From Squalus acanthias (taxonomy: Eukaryota), in the NCBI GenBank assembly GCA_030390025.1, contig JASTWF010000363.1, positions 1 to 64,000 of the forward strand: a DNA stretch of 64,000 bases, given 5' to 3'. Shown piece by piece: positions 51,900-63,136 of the stretch. The translations under genes were made by a program, and so were the position numbers. The number at the start of each line of letters is the position of its first letter. The first letter of the stretch is position 1. The notes under the pieces are model-generated. The model searched no databases, was not told the DNA's origin, and saw only the letters and a list, made by a program, of their open reading frames with translations.

Positions 51900-54232
51900 G
51901 GTTGGAGCACGAATCCTCAGAAGTATAATGCAAAAGTTGTAAGGCAGAAAAAGAACCAAGGCTGCCTGCAGGCCTTAAATGCAACTGCATAGATGACGTC
52001 ATCAGAGGCAAGTTTCAGCACCAAAATACTCATTGGGCCAGGGGTTCCCACACGCCGGAAATCAAGTGCCCAATTAGAGGAAAATCAGTCAATTGTCATG
52101 CATCACATTGGAGGTGGGGTCGTGACCCACCGACCACCTGACACGCCCCCAGCCCGCCCCCAATGACAAAATCCAGCCCAAAGTATTTGTTTAATTTCTC
52201 TGCCATTTCCTTATTCCCCATTATAATTTCTCCTGTCTCACCCTGCAAGGGACCCACATTTACTTTTGCTAATCTTTTCCTTTTTACATACCTATAGAAG
52301 CTTTTACAGTCTGTTTTTATGTCTCTCGCTAGTTTACTCTCATATTCTATTTTCCCTTTATCAATTTCTTGGTCCTCCTTTGCTGAATTCTAAAATCCTC
52401 CCAATCCTCAGGCTTACTACTCTTTTTGGCAGCATTATAAGCCTCTTCCTTTGATCTAATACTATCTTTAACTTCTCTTGTTAGCCATGGTTGGACCACT
52501 TTTCCTGTGGGGTTTTTGTGCCTTAAGGGAATGTATATTTGTTGTAAATTATGTATTAATTCTTTAAATGCTAGCCATTGCTCATCTACTCTCATACCTT
52601 TTAATGAAGTTTCCCAATCTACCTTAGCCAACTCGCCCCTCATACCTACGTAGTTTGCTTTGTTTAGATTTAAGACCCTAGTTTTGGATTGAACTAAGTC
52701 ACTTTCAAACTCAATATAAAATTCTATCATATTATGGTCACTCTTCCCTAAAGGCCCCTTTACTACAAGGTTATTAATTAACCCTTTCTCGTTGCACAAT
52801 ACTAGATCTAAAATAGCCTGTTCCCTAGTTGGTTCCTCAACATACTGATCTAGAAAACTATCTTGTATACATGCCATGAATTCGTCCTCCACGCTATTAC
52901 TGCAAATTTGGTTTACCCAGTCTGTATGTAGATTACCGTCCCCCATGATTACTGTATTACCCTTGTTACATGTGCCTCTAATTTCCTGATTTATACTCTG
53001 CCCTACATTACAACTACTGTTTGGGGGCCTATAAACAACTCCCACCAATGTTTTCTGCCCCTTGCTGTTTCTTAGCTCCACCCAAACTGATTCTACTTTT
53101 TTGGAGCTAAGATCCTTTCTCTCGACTGTCTTTATCCCATCCTTTATTATCATGGCAACCCCTCCTCCTTTTCCATTTTGCCTTATCTCTTCTAAAAGTT
53201 ATGTATCTTGGAATATTTAGTTCCCGACCTTGGCCACTTTGCAACCACGTCTCCATCATGGCTATTAGATCAAACCTGTTCATTCCTATCTGCGCTATTA
53301 ATTCATCTATTTGTTGTGAATGCTTCGCGCATTCAGATACAGTGCCTTTAGCTTTGACTTATTTCTCTTTTCCACGATGTCACCTTAGTCACTGATGCCT
53401 TATTACCTTTGTTATTCTCTTTGTCCCTTCCTGACCCACTCTGCTTATTTTTACCCAAAACTCTACTCTGCTTTAGAGGCTTGACATTTCTCTCTCTGCT
53501 TTTAAATTTACTCTTTCCTGAATCCTCCCGCCCCCACTTCATTAGTTTAAAGCCCTGTCTACTACCCTAGTTATTCGGTTCGCCAGGACACTGGTCCCAG
53601 CCCGGTTTAAGTGGAGCCCGTCCCAACAAACAGCTCCATCTTTCCTCAGTACTGGTGCCAGTGCCCCATGAACTGAAACCCCTTCCTTCCACACCACTCT
53701 TTGAGCCACGCATTTAAACTTCTAGGGGTAAAAATTCAGTTGGTTGCGCCTCCCGTTAGCGCCTTAAATGGGCGCTAATGGGGCGTTAAGGCGCTAACGC
53801 CCGGGCGCAGCGCTGTTTGCGCCGCTCGAGAACTTAACTTGAGATTGTGCGGCAGCGCTAAAACTTACCGCTGCGACCACCTGCGCGCGCAGATTGTGAC
53901 GTCATTCCGTGGTGCAACGCCCTTGGGGCGCCCCGGAGCTGAAATTGAGTGGCGCCCCCTGCCTTACCGCCTGGCGCTTCCAACGACCGGAAGACTGGAA
54001 CGTTATCAATCGGTGTGGGGCTGGGGGGGGCGCTATTTAAAGGGGGCCTCTTCCTGTCTTTTTCTGTGGTCGACATTTATGCACCACTCGTTCAGAGAGA
54101 GAGAGATTCGGAGAGAGAGAGAGAGAGACTTCTACATTGACTCAACGCTTTGTGAGGTAGTTTTGCCTAGTTCATCCTAACTTTGCTGCTACTTTCGTTG
54201 CTGTACCTCATTACTTTTCTGGCAAAGAGAAT

Positions 54233-55393
54233 ATGGGGGCTGCAATGATTGGGGGCGTCGTCCTGCTCCAGCTCAATCGGAGGAGAGTGAGACGCAGACA
54301 GAGAGTGGCAATGATGGCCAGACGGAGGAGGGCCATCAGGCGCATGTACAGGAGAGCTTACCCTCCCAGGGTATATCGTGAACAGCTCTCCTACATCCAC
54401 ATGTCCGAGGAGCTGTGTTTGCGAAGGCTGCGATTCAGCAAGGAGGTGGTCACTGAGCTCTGCCACCTGCTGCAGCCAGATCTGCAGCCTCAGCGGAGGT
54501 CCAGGACGTCTCTGTCGGTGGCAGTGAAGGTCACAGTGGCTTTGAACTTCTACGCCACTGGCTCATTCCAAGCTGCTGTTGGGGACCTCGCCAATATCTC
54601 CCAGTTTGCGGTGCATCGCTGCATCCGGCAGGTTACCAATGCCCTCTTCACAAGGAGACGAGACTTCATCTCCTTCCCTATGACCCCAGACAAGCAGCAT
54701 GACCGTGCTATGGGCTTTGCGAGGGTAGCGGGCTTCCCCATGGTGCAGGGCGCCATTGACTGCACGCATGTGGCTTTGCGTGCTCCGCGAGAGAATGCAG
54801 AGGAGTTCCGGAACAGAAAGGGGTTCCATTCCTTGAATGTGCAGTTGGTCTGTGACCACAGACAGGTGATTCTCGCTGTCAATGCCCACTATCCGGGCAG
54901 CTGCCACGATGCTTTCATCCTGCGCCAGAGTACTGTGGCAGAAATTTTCGAGGCACCGCATCAGCCAGTTGGTTGGCTTCTGGGGGACAAGGGGTACGCA
55001 TTGAGCACCTGGCTGATGACACCGCTCCGTGCGCCAAACACCCCTGCTGAGCTGCGGTACCAGGAAAGCCAACAAGCAACGAGGAACATTATTGAGCGCA
55101 CAATCGGCGTGCTCAAACAACGATTCCGCTGTCTGGACCATTCCGGAGGAGCCCTGCAGTACTCGCCTGAGCAAGTTTCCAAATTCGTAGTGGTGTGCTG
55201 CATGTTGCACAACATGGCAATCCTCAGGACGCAGCCAATGCCACCAGGCCTTGCAGCACCACAAGAGGAGGAGGAGGAAGAGGAGGAACAGGCCGAGGAC
55301 GATGATCAGCAGCAGCACCAAGGCAGGAGGGCGGCCCACAATGGTCAAACTGCAAGGGCCGTCCGTCAACGACTAATAGCAAGCCGCTTCTAG
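54233..55393 (+). CDS. Harbinger DDE transposase, intact 386 aa
   Basis: [30 protein letters not shown] and IERTIG motifs. AATAAA-type signals downstream (~55553). Confidence 0.94.
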   Translation: MGAAMIGGVVLLQLNRRRVRRRQRVAMMARRRRAIRRMYRRAYPPRVYREQLSYIHMSEELCLRRLRFSKEVVTELCHLLQPDLQPQRRSRTSLSVAVKVTVALNFYATGSFQAAVGDLANISQFAVHRCIRQVTNALFTRRRDFISFPMTPDKQHDRAMGFARVAGFPMVQGAIDCTHVALRAPRENAEEFRNRKGFHSLNVQLVCDHRQVILAVNAHYPGSCHDAFILRQSTVAEIFEAPHQPVGWLLGDKGYALSTWLMTPLRAPNTPAELRYQESQQATRNIIERTIGVLKQRFRCLDHSGGALQYSPEQVSKFVVVCCMLHNMAILRTQPMPPGLAAPQEEEEEEEEQAEDDDQQQHQGRRAAHNGQTARAVRQRLIASRF

Positions 55394-55685
55394 GGCCCCT
55401 GCCAGTGCTACAAACACGAATCAACCCAGCACGCAACCCCTAAGCCGGCCAAGGCACCAATAATTCCAACTACCAGCCATGTATATTTTGAATACAGAAA
55501 CTTATTTATTGTACAAACTCTGTGTGTCAATTCCTCATGACAAACTCATAGAAATAAACACAAAAAAACAGTCAATAACATAACTGGTTCTCACAACCTG
55601 GAGATAATGTCCAAAACACTAAACAAAAGTTGGGCCATGAACCTCGGCCTTTAATAAAAAAATGACCAGCATTTTGGCACACCTC

Positions 55686-57794
55686 CTACTTTTTGCCCTT
55701 CGAGGGTGATCTCCTTCCCTTGCGCACTTCCCCCCTTCTAACCCTACTGCTCCTCCGTAATGGGACCTCAGTGGCTGCAGCAAGGCTGGTGGAAGGCTGC
55801 TGCTTGTCAGACCCTGACACTGCAGATGCCCCTGAAGGACAGCCTCGACCACTTCTGGGCCTGGAGGGCCCGGCTGCAGACTGCACCAACTCTGCATGGG
55901 CGGCAGCAGTCTGTCCTACAGGCGGTGGCAAGTGCAGTGGAGAAGTGACAGTGTTGGCAGCAGGAATGCTGTCATCGTGAGAGAGGACAGCAACTCCCTG
56001 CTCGCCCGACACACTGGCACTCCCACGGGGCAGCACTTCAGCATCCGGAGCAATCTGCCGGAGAACAGATTGCTGGCCTGCTGCGGCGCGGTGACAGCCC
56101 CGGGGACATGTGCACGAACCATCGAGGATGGCAGCAGTCAGTGCTCGCGTGGCCTCAATCTGAGTCTGCATGAGAGCAGTCTCAGATGGGTTCCTGGCAG
56201 CCAGTGACTGAATTGCAGCAGTAAGCTTTAGTGTGGCATCCGCCTGTGCTACAGCGAAGTGCTCCACACTCCTTGCCAGTGCCTCAATGCATTCGGGCAC
56301 CCTTCCCACTGCACCCATGAGCTCAGTGTGCATGCCCACCGCCTGGCTGTTCATTTCTGCAATCAGCCGCTCCTCCTCTGCGTCCATTGCATTAGGAGTG
56401 TCTGGCATACTCTCCCTCTGGGGAGAAGGCTCCCGTTCTTCCCTCCCCCCCCCCCCCATGGCGTTGCTGCAGCCCGCTGGGTCCTGGAACTTCACCATCA
56501 TCAGCCCCTTCCCCCCTGCTCCCCCGTTCTTCCCTCCCCCCCCAATGGCGTTGCTGCTGCCCGCTGGGTCCTGGAACTTCACCATCATCAGCCCCTTCCC
56601 CCCTGCTCCCCCGTTCTTCCCTCCCCCCCCAATGGCGTTGCTGCAGCGCGCTGGGTCCTGGAACTTCACCATCATCAGCCCCTTCCCCCCTGCTCCCCTC
56701 CGGGGAAGGCGTGTTCCCAGTGTGGCCATGGGCTTCCTCGGGAGAGGGTGGCACTGATGCTCCGGCTTCCTCTTCCTCCTCAGCTGCAGCATCACTCCCA
56801 GTGGCAGCTTCAGGGACCATCTCCTCAGCTGGTGAATCACCATCTGAAAGCAGGGAGGTACAAGAGTGGCTTTAGCGTGAGGACAGGGTGGCAGTAAGGG
56901 AGGAATAAGTGCAGCGAGTTAGCAAGTTGGATTGAAAGTGTCAAAGGCTGGTATTGTGAGGGACAAGTGGAAGGACAGAGGACAAAAAGGTGATGACCTT
57001 ACCATTGCTGTCCAGAACGGGGTCGGCGTCTCCAGTGGCGACGGGACCGATCACCCGGCTTGCCACAATCCTGTGGACGCGCTCCTCCAGATCGCTGAGG
57101 GGTTGCAGCTGAAGCCGCCCTCCACCCGTCCGTTGCTGCTGTCTCCGATTATGAGCCAGCTTAGCCTGCAAGAAAAAGGACAGCATCTGAGTCAATATAC
57201 AGCCATGGTCTTGCCTGATGTGCCTCCCATAGGTGAATAGCCCTTACAATATGCAGCCATGGTCTTGCCTGATGTGCCTCCCATAGGGGAATAGCCCTTA
57301 CTGTATGCAGCCATGGTCTTGCCTGATGTGCCTCCCATAGGTGAATAGCCCTTACTGTATGCAGCCATGGTCTTGCCTGATGTGCCTCCCATAGGTGAAT
57401 AGCCCTTACTGTATGCAAAGTGTGGAATGTGTGTGTGTGTTTGATGAAAGGGCCATAGGTGTTGCATGAGTGTTGTGCATTGGGGTTTTAAGACCCTCTG
57501 GCCATAGAGTGAGGTTGAGATGGAGGGATGGAGAGGTATTGAGAAAAAGCCACTCACCCTGACGACCCGAGTGAGGTCGTTGAACTTTTTGCGGCACTGG
57601 ACATGGGTCCTGGGCACCATGCTCCTGGAGGAGACGCTCTGAGCCACCTCCCTCCACACTCTTCTGAACTCGCGTGGCAAAGGCCTCCTGCCACTCTCCG
57701 GGAACAGCATGCATCGTCTGCGCTCCACTGCGTCAACCAGAGCATCCAAGGCCCGCTCGGTGAAGCGATGAGCGCGTTCTCTCACCCTCTCCAT
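55686..57794 (-). CDS. H3 Myb/SANT-like ORF2, three exons (57794-57558, 57165-57003, 56843-55686), one +1 frameshift in a G13 run
   Basis: MERVRERAHRF...WREVA...RTHVQCRKKFNDL, canonical GT-AG junctions with compatible phases. Frame switches at 56445-56457. Confidence 0.82.
56432..56698. repeat. 87-bp coding minisatellite x3 in H3 ORF2 exon 3
   Basis: ATGGCGTTGCTG at 56458, 56545 and 56632. Encodes GSRGEGADDGEVPGPS..QQRHWGGREER. Confidence 0.93.
57200..57417. repeat. 54-bp minisatellite x4 in H3 ORF2 intron 1
   Basis: CAGCCATGGTCTTGCCTGATGTGCCTCCCATAGGTGAATAGCCCTTACTGTATG at 57200, 57254, 57308 and 57362. Confidence 0.95.
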
Positions 57795-59123
57795 GCTTGG
57801 CAGCAAAATGGATTACAGGTCTCTCCAGGCTGAGATTCAAGGCTGCAATGAGCAGGGTGTGGCTGGGGAGCAAGTGGCCCCCCCCGCTTTAAGAAGTGTC
57901 CGGCGCCAGTGTGTCTGTGTTCCCTCGCTAACTGGCAGCAGCTGCGCTGCGCTCGTGCGCTGAGGTAGCGCCTCACTCCTAGGCCTTTGCGCCTTAAGAG
58001 AGGTGTGCAGCGCCTAATTTAGCGCTCCACTCACCTCCCGGGGCGGTAAAAGTGAAGTTTCCTGTCAGTGCCGATAATTAGCGCCAGGCGCTAATATTTG
58101 CGCGCGGACGATATTTGCGCCCCAAATGGGGCGCGACCTAATTTCTACCCCCTAATCTGTTTGTCCCTATGCCAATTTGCACGTGGCTCAGGTAACAATC
58201 CAGAGATTATTACCTTTGAGGTTCTGCTTTTTAATTTGGATCCTAGCTCCTTAAACTCCCTCAGCAGAACCTCATTCCTAGTTTTACATATGTCATTGGT
58301 TCATACGTGGACCACGACAACTGGATCCTCCCCCTCCCACTCCCAAGTTCTTCTCCAGCCGCGAGGCGATGTCTTTAACCCTGGCACCAGGCAGGCAACA
58401 TAATCTTCGGAACTCTCGGTCGCGGCTGCAGAGAACAGTATCTATCCCCCTTTCTATACCGTCCCCCTACCACAACTACATTCCCTTTCACTCCCCCCAC
58501 TTGAATGGCCTCCTGCACCATGGTGCCATGGTCAGCCTGCTCATTCATCCTGCAGGCTTTTCCCTCATCCACACAGGCAGCAAGAACCTCATACCTGTTG
58601 GACAAGGGCAAAGGCTGAGGCTCCTCCAGCACTGCACCTGGGGTCCCCTTACCTGCCTGAGTTGCAGTCACACCCTCCTGTCCCTGACCACTAACCAGAC
58701 CTGGACCACTACCTAACCTAAGGGGTGTGACTGCCTCCTGGATCAAAGTGGGTGGTGATATTGGCACTGAATGGCTGCTGTGTTGTTTATAAAGCAGCCA
58801 TTTTATTTCAAAATGTAATTCATTGTGTGAAACACTTACAGATATTTCAATGTGGAAGGTGTTATGTAAATACAAGTATTTTATTTTATTATAAAAGTTA
58901 ATTGACCTGAAACGTTAACTCTGTTTCTCCACAAATGCTGCCTGACCTGCTGAGTATTTCCAGCATTCTCTGTTTTTATTTCAGATTTTCAGCATCTGCT
59001 GTATTTTGCTTTTGCTTTTTTTATTTTATTTTATTATTTCTGTTGAATGCATGTGTTTTTCACTGTTTCCTTTCCCTTGTTTTCTGGTGTCTCTTACTGT
59101 TATTTTATCTGTGCCATATGCAG

Positions 59124-59205
59124 ATTTACCCAGGTTGTTTCAAATCTGGATCAATGCTGGATATGGTGGACACAAGTTCTATGTTGCATCGACTCCAAAT
59201 GGAAG
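59124..59205 (+). CDS. TTC38: TTC38 coding exon 10 (IYPGCFKSGSMLDMVDTSSMLHRLQME)
   Basis: cag / gtaag, 82 nt. Confidence 0.96.
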
Positions 59206-59446
59206 GTAAGTACTTACCCTTATCCAACACCTCAAAATAAAAATTCTCATTCTTGTGTTTAAATCCATTCATGGCCTCGCCTGTCCCTACTGCTAACTTC
59301 CTCCAGCCCTACAACCCCGCTTCATACTCTCTGTTCCTCTGACTCTGGTCTCTGGTGCACGGCCTCCATACCCCTTCGCCCCACCATTGGCCACTGTGCC
59401 TTCAGTCACCTAGGTCCCATTTTCTGGATTTGCTCCTTAAACCTCT

Positions 59447-59942
59447 GCAGAGAAGATTTACATGGATGATACCAGAAATGTGAGGGTATACATAATCAGG
59501 AAAGGATGAATAGGCTGGGTCTCTTTTCTCTTGAAAAAAGAAGGCTGAGGGGTGACCTAAAAGAGGTCTTAAAATTATGAAAAATGTTGATAGAGTGGAT
59601 ACAGAGAGAATGTTTCCACTTGTGGGGGAGAGCAAAACTAGAGGCATCAATATAAGATAGTCACCAAGAAATCCAATAGGAAATTCAGAAGAAACTTCTT
59701 TACCCAAAGAGTGGTGAGAATGTGGAACTCGCTACCACAGGGAGTGGTTGAAGCAAATAGTATAGATGCATTTAAGGGGAGGCTAGACAAACAGATGAGG
59801 GAGTAGGGAATAGAGGGTTACGCTGATAGATTTAGATGAGGAAAGAGGGGAGGAGGCTCGAGTGGAGCATAAACGCTGGCATGGACTGGTTGGGCCAAAT
59901 GGCCTGTTTCTGTGCCGTATATCCTACGTAATCCTATGTAAT
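59447..59942 (+). mobile_element. CR1 3' fragment, degraded
   Basis: RRNFFTQRVVRMWNSLPQGVVEA motif and (ATCCTATGTA)-type tail. Confidence 0.8.
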
Positions 59943-61536
59943 TCTTAATCAGGCCTCACAGGTTCTTTTCTTATACCTTTTTGGTAACCCTGTTAATTGT
60001 ATGTGTTAACCTCTATTTATTGCAGCTTCTGTTGGCCTGTTTTAGACCATAGATTAGAGTACTGTGTGCGGTTTTGGACACCCCATTATAGAAAGGACAT
60101 TAAAACCATACCAAACAGCATCGATTCACCCTGGTGATTCTAGCGATGGGAAACTATAGTTATGAGTAGCGATTTGAGATATTGGCGCTATTTCCCCGGA
60201 ACAGAACGGAGGAGATTAAATTTAGGTTTTTAAAATTAGAAGGGGTTTTGATAGGATTAATAGGGAAAGACTATTTCCTCTGGGGAGTTAGTGACAAGGA
60301 CTCATCAATGTAAAATTGTCACTATGAGAGTGGGGAGAGAGGTCAGGTGAAATTTCATTCTGCAGAGGGTCATTGGAGTCTGTAATGTTCTGCTCAGGGT
60401 GTAGTTGAGACACAGACCATTGCATCTTTTCGGGGAAAGTGGATAAATATTTGAAACAGAGAAGACACTGGGGCAGACTGGGGCCGTGGGACAGTTTTGG
60501 ATTGCTCTTGCAAAGAGCTGTTACAGACACAAAGGGCTGAATAGCCTTTTTTTGTGCTGTGAACATCTACGGTTCTGCAAGCTCCTCACTCGCCTCTACT
60601 ATTAAAGATGACAATGGAAGGTGCGAGGAAATTTGGTTTGAGGAGCCACTTGTGATGGAGAAGAGGATTGCAGTTGTTCTTGCTCTCCAGGATGACCCTG
60701 GACTAACAGGAGGAATTAGCTGCAGAGAGGGATCATTGTTACTTCTTCAGGGGTTTGAGCCAAATCTGGTGATCAACAGCCAGGTCAGTTATATGCCCCT
60801 TGCACTCAAATGTAGAAAGTATGGACTTCAGTCCATGGAGGTGGCTGTTGTACTGGGGGCAATGATGGGAATGGTGGACTATCTGGGAGCTGTGTGGACA
60901 AGGGAGGCAAAAGTGCAGGAGAAGCAATTATGGAACAATTTGATGTAGGTGTCAGTGCCAGTGTGGGTGATGAGCCAAAGGTGAGAGAATTGGAAGTTGG
61001 AGATTGTGCTGCTGAGGGAGTTCAGAGACAGATTTTTCCAGTGGCAAAAGAGAAGACAGAAAGATGAGTACAGGGATATTTAGGGGGAAGGAAATTAAGA
61101 AATAATCAAAAGCTGTTATGTTGATGATCAAAACTTTCAAATTAGTCAGGCCTGGTTAAAAGCACCAAGGATGAGGAGTTTGTCAAAGTTAAGACTCAGT
61201 CAGAAGGGAGGAGATTTCAGGATGGAAGTTGTCAAGGGACCTGTTTTGGCGGGGTGGGTGACTAAACAATCAGGATTTTGTAAAAGAGATGCGGAAGGTT
61301 GCAGAGAGCGTACTATTTAAATTTGGGAAGTGTGTTACAGAATTTTAGAGAGAGGCTAATGAGACCCGGAGATCAGTATCACTCACACCCAGAAGCGGAC
61401 AGTTTTTTTTTAATGGATTTTGTTGTTTCCATTATGCACATGTGATTTTATTGCTGATCACATAATTAAATGATAATTATAAGGATTGAAAGAACAAGTC
61501 AGATCCTTATTTTACTGACAGTACAGTCTCCCACAG

Positions 61537-61702
61537 GTATTAATGTTGACAACCACTGGAAGGAACTTGTCAGAGTCACCAAGAATCACGCCAAAGATCA
61601 CATTTTTATCTTCAATGACGCCCATATACTGATGTCCCTGCTTGGAGCTAAAGACACTGAGAGCACAAATCGGTTCATCACATCACTGCAAGAACTCTCC
61701 CA
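61537..61702 (+). CDS. TTC38: TTC38 coding exon 11 (INVDNHWKELV...DHIFIFNDAHILMSLLGA...LQELS)
   Basis: ccacag / gtaag, 166 nt. FNDAH motif. Remaining exons lie beyond the window. Confidence 0.96.
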
Positions 61703-63136
61703 GTAAGCATGTCTGTAAATTGGATACTTCTAGCCATCTAAAGGTCTGAGAGTAGGTTCGCTACCTACTCTCTCAGGACGGGTATACCACAAGCATAGTA
61801 AAAGATGGAAAGGGAAAATATTTTTAAATGTACAAATTAAACAACAATGCTGTCCTTCTTGTTCTGACCTGCTCAGGCTGTTGCAGTGTATTTCAGATTC
61901 AGGATGTGAGGATGTGATGCTTAGCTTGTTGATATACTGTGATGTTGTTACTGAGAGTTTTATTTATTTTTAAAAGTGTTTCATTGACGATGAGTCCATC
62001 TTGCACCTTCTCTAGTGTTCTAGGTGGTATTGTGCATAGATGTCGTCATTCCAGCTCAAGGCCTGGGATAGAATTGAATCCCATACTTTGGCTGTCTCCT
62101 TACAGTGCTGTCCTGAGGGTCAATAGTAAAAAGAGTTTTAGCGATTTCAATTCAATTCCCAATGGACATGCTGCTAACACTGAGAGCCACAAATATTCCA
62201 CTAACCAGTGTTGACTATCCTCACTTTAACAAGCGCAAGCGTTGTCCCACCCACCAATAAATCAAAAATGTATTGAAATTGGGAGTTAGGCCACTGTACT
62301 GAATTACAATGTGCTATTCCTGATGTCGCTCAATCAGTTTTAGCTGCGACTTAATTTCACACACATTCAACCAAATCCATAAAATGACTGTCTACTTCTT
62401 CCTGCATTTTGAGTCAGGGAGATAAAACCTTGTAGCCCAGTGTTGCAATAACTTGTATTTGCAGCCAATGCAGTGTAGTGAATTAACTTCATCAGCCCTG
62501 CTAATATAGCAGCAGTTCATTTCTAGAGAGCAGAGAGAGCGAGCTGACTTAATGCTCTGATTATTAAAGAAAATTAAAAATAGGTAGTGAACAATAACAC
62601 ACTTGAATTAGTTTCGTAAGTTGTTTTTCGAGGCCCCTGATGGCTCACTGGGTAAGTGTGAAGTATATTATTGAACCATACTGATCAGGGAGGTCACATG
62701 TTTGTGCTGAATTAGCCAATCGCAGTCATGTTGCAGTCAGTCTTGGAATCTCTTTTGGCCAATGACCCTCTCCAGTGATATATTTTGGAAATGCATGTGT
62801 GGACATCACATGAAGACAGGGTTAAACTGTTATGCTGACCTCCACAGCCAAATAACAGTCCAGAACAGTCAGTTGGGTGAGGTATAGAACACCGACAACC
62901 ACTCATGGAACTGATTCACTGCCTTCAAGAGAGAAGGGGTAAACGGGAAAATAATCAGAGGGAAAATTCAAGGTGAAAAGAAAAATCTTTTACTGGGGCA
63001 AAACTGCACACTTGTGTACAAGTGAGTAACTGTGGAACATAGAAGATGGGTTCCAGTGAGATGTGCCATTCAGACAAGTGGATTTGACCACAGAACACAT
63101 CAACAGCAGCAAGTCACATTTGTACTGTGCTGCTTA

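Larger units (their letters stand above)
48024..52179 (+). mobile_element. Full-length PIF/Harbinger transposon H2 (4156 bp)
   Basis: 16-bp TIR GGGCTGGATTTTGCCA / TGACAAAATCCAGCCC, TSD AAA, convergent transposase and Myb/SANT genes. Confidence 0.96.
53725..58151 (+). mobile_element. Full-length PIF/Harbinger transposon H3 (4427 bp), different family from H2
   Basis: TIR GGGGTAAAAATT / AATTTCTACCCC. Perfect TSD CTA (53722-53724 and 58152-58154). Convergent two-gene layout, CpG-rich ends. Confidence 0.96.
46430..58745 (-). mobile_element. Long CR1 LINE (ORF1 esterase-like region + ORF2) split by Harbinger copies H2 and H3
   Basis: Pieces 46430-48023 (RT), 52180-53724 (endonuclease and ORF1 end) and 58152-58745 (ORF1: LSNRYEVL, TSKVIISGLLP) join collinearly when the inserts are removed. 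Confidence 0.9.

Noticed and set aside
54233..55393. Host gene HARBI1
   Set aside because: The ORF is intronless and lies between TIRs with a TSD and a Myb partner, so it is a transposon copy rather than the domesticated gene. The same applies to 48551-49789.
55686..56843. 385-aa standalone protein from the ORF track
   Set aside because: Its apparent ATG is the first three bases of ORF2 exon 3. The N-terminal ~130 codons are out of frame relative to the spliced gene.
57200..57417. CRISPR-like repeat array
   Set aside because: The 54-bp units are contiguous with no unique spacers. It is a minisatellite in a transposon intron of a vertebrate genome.
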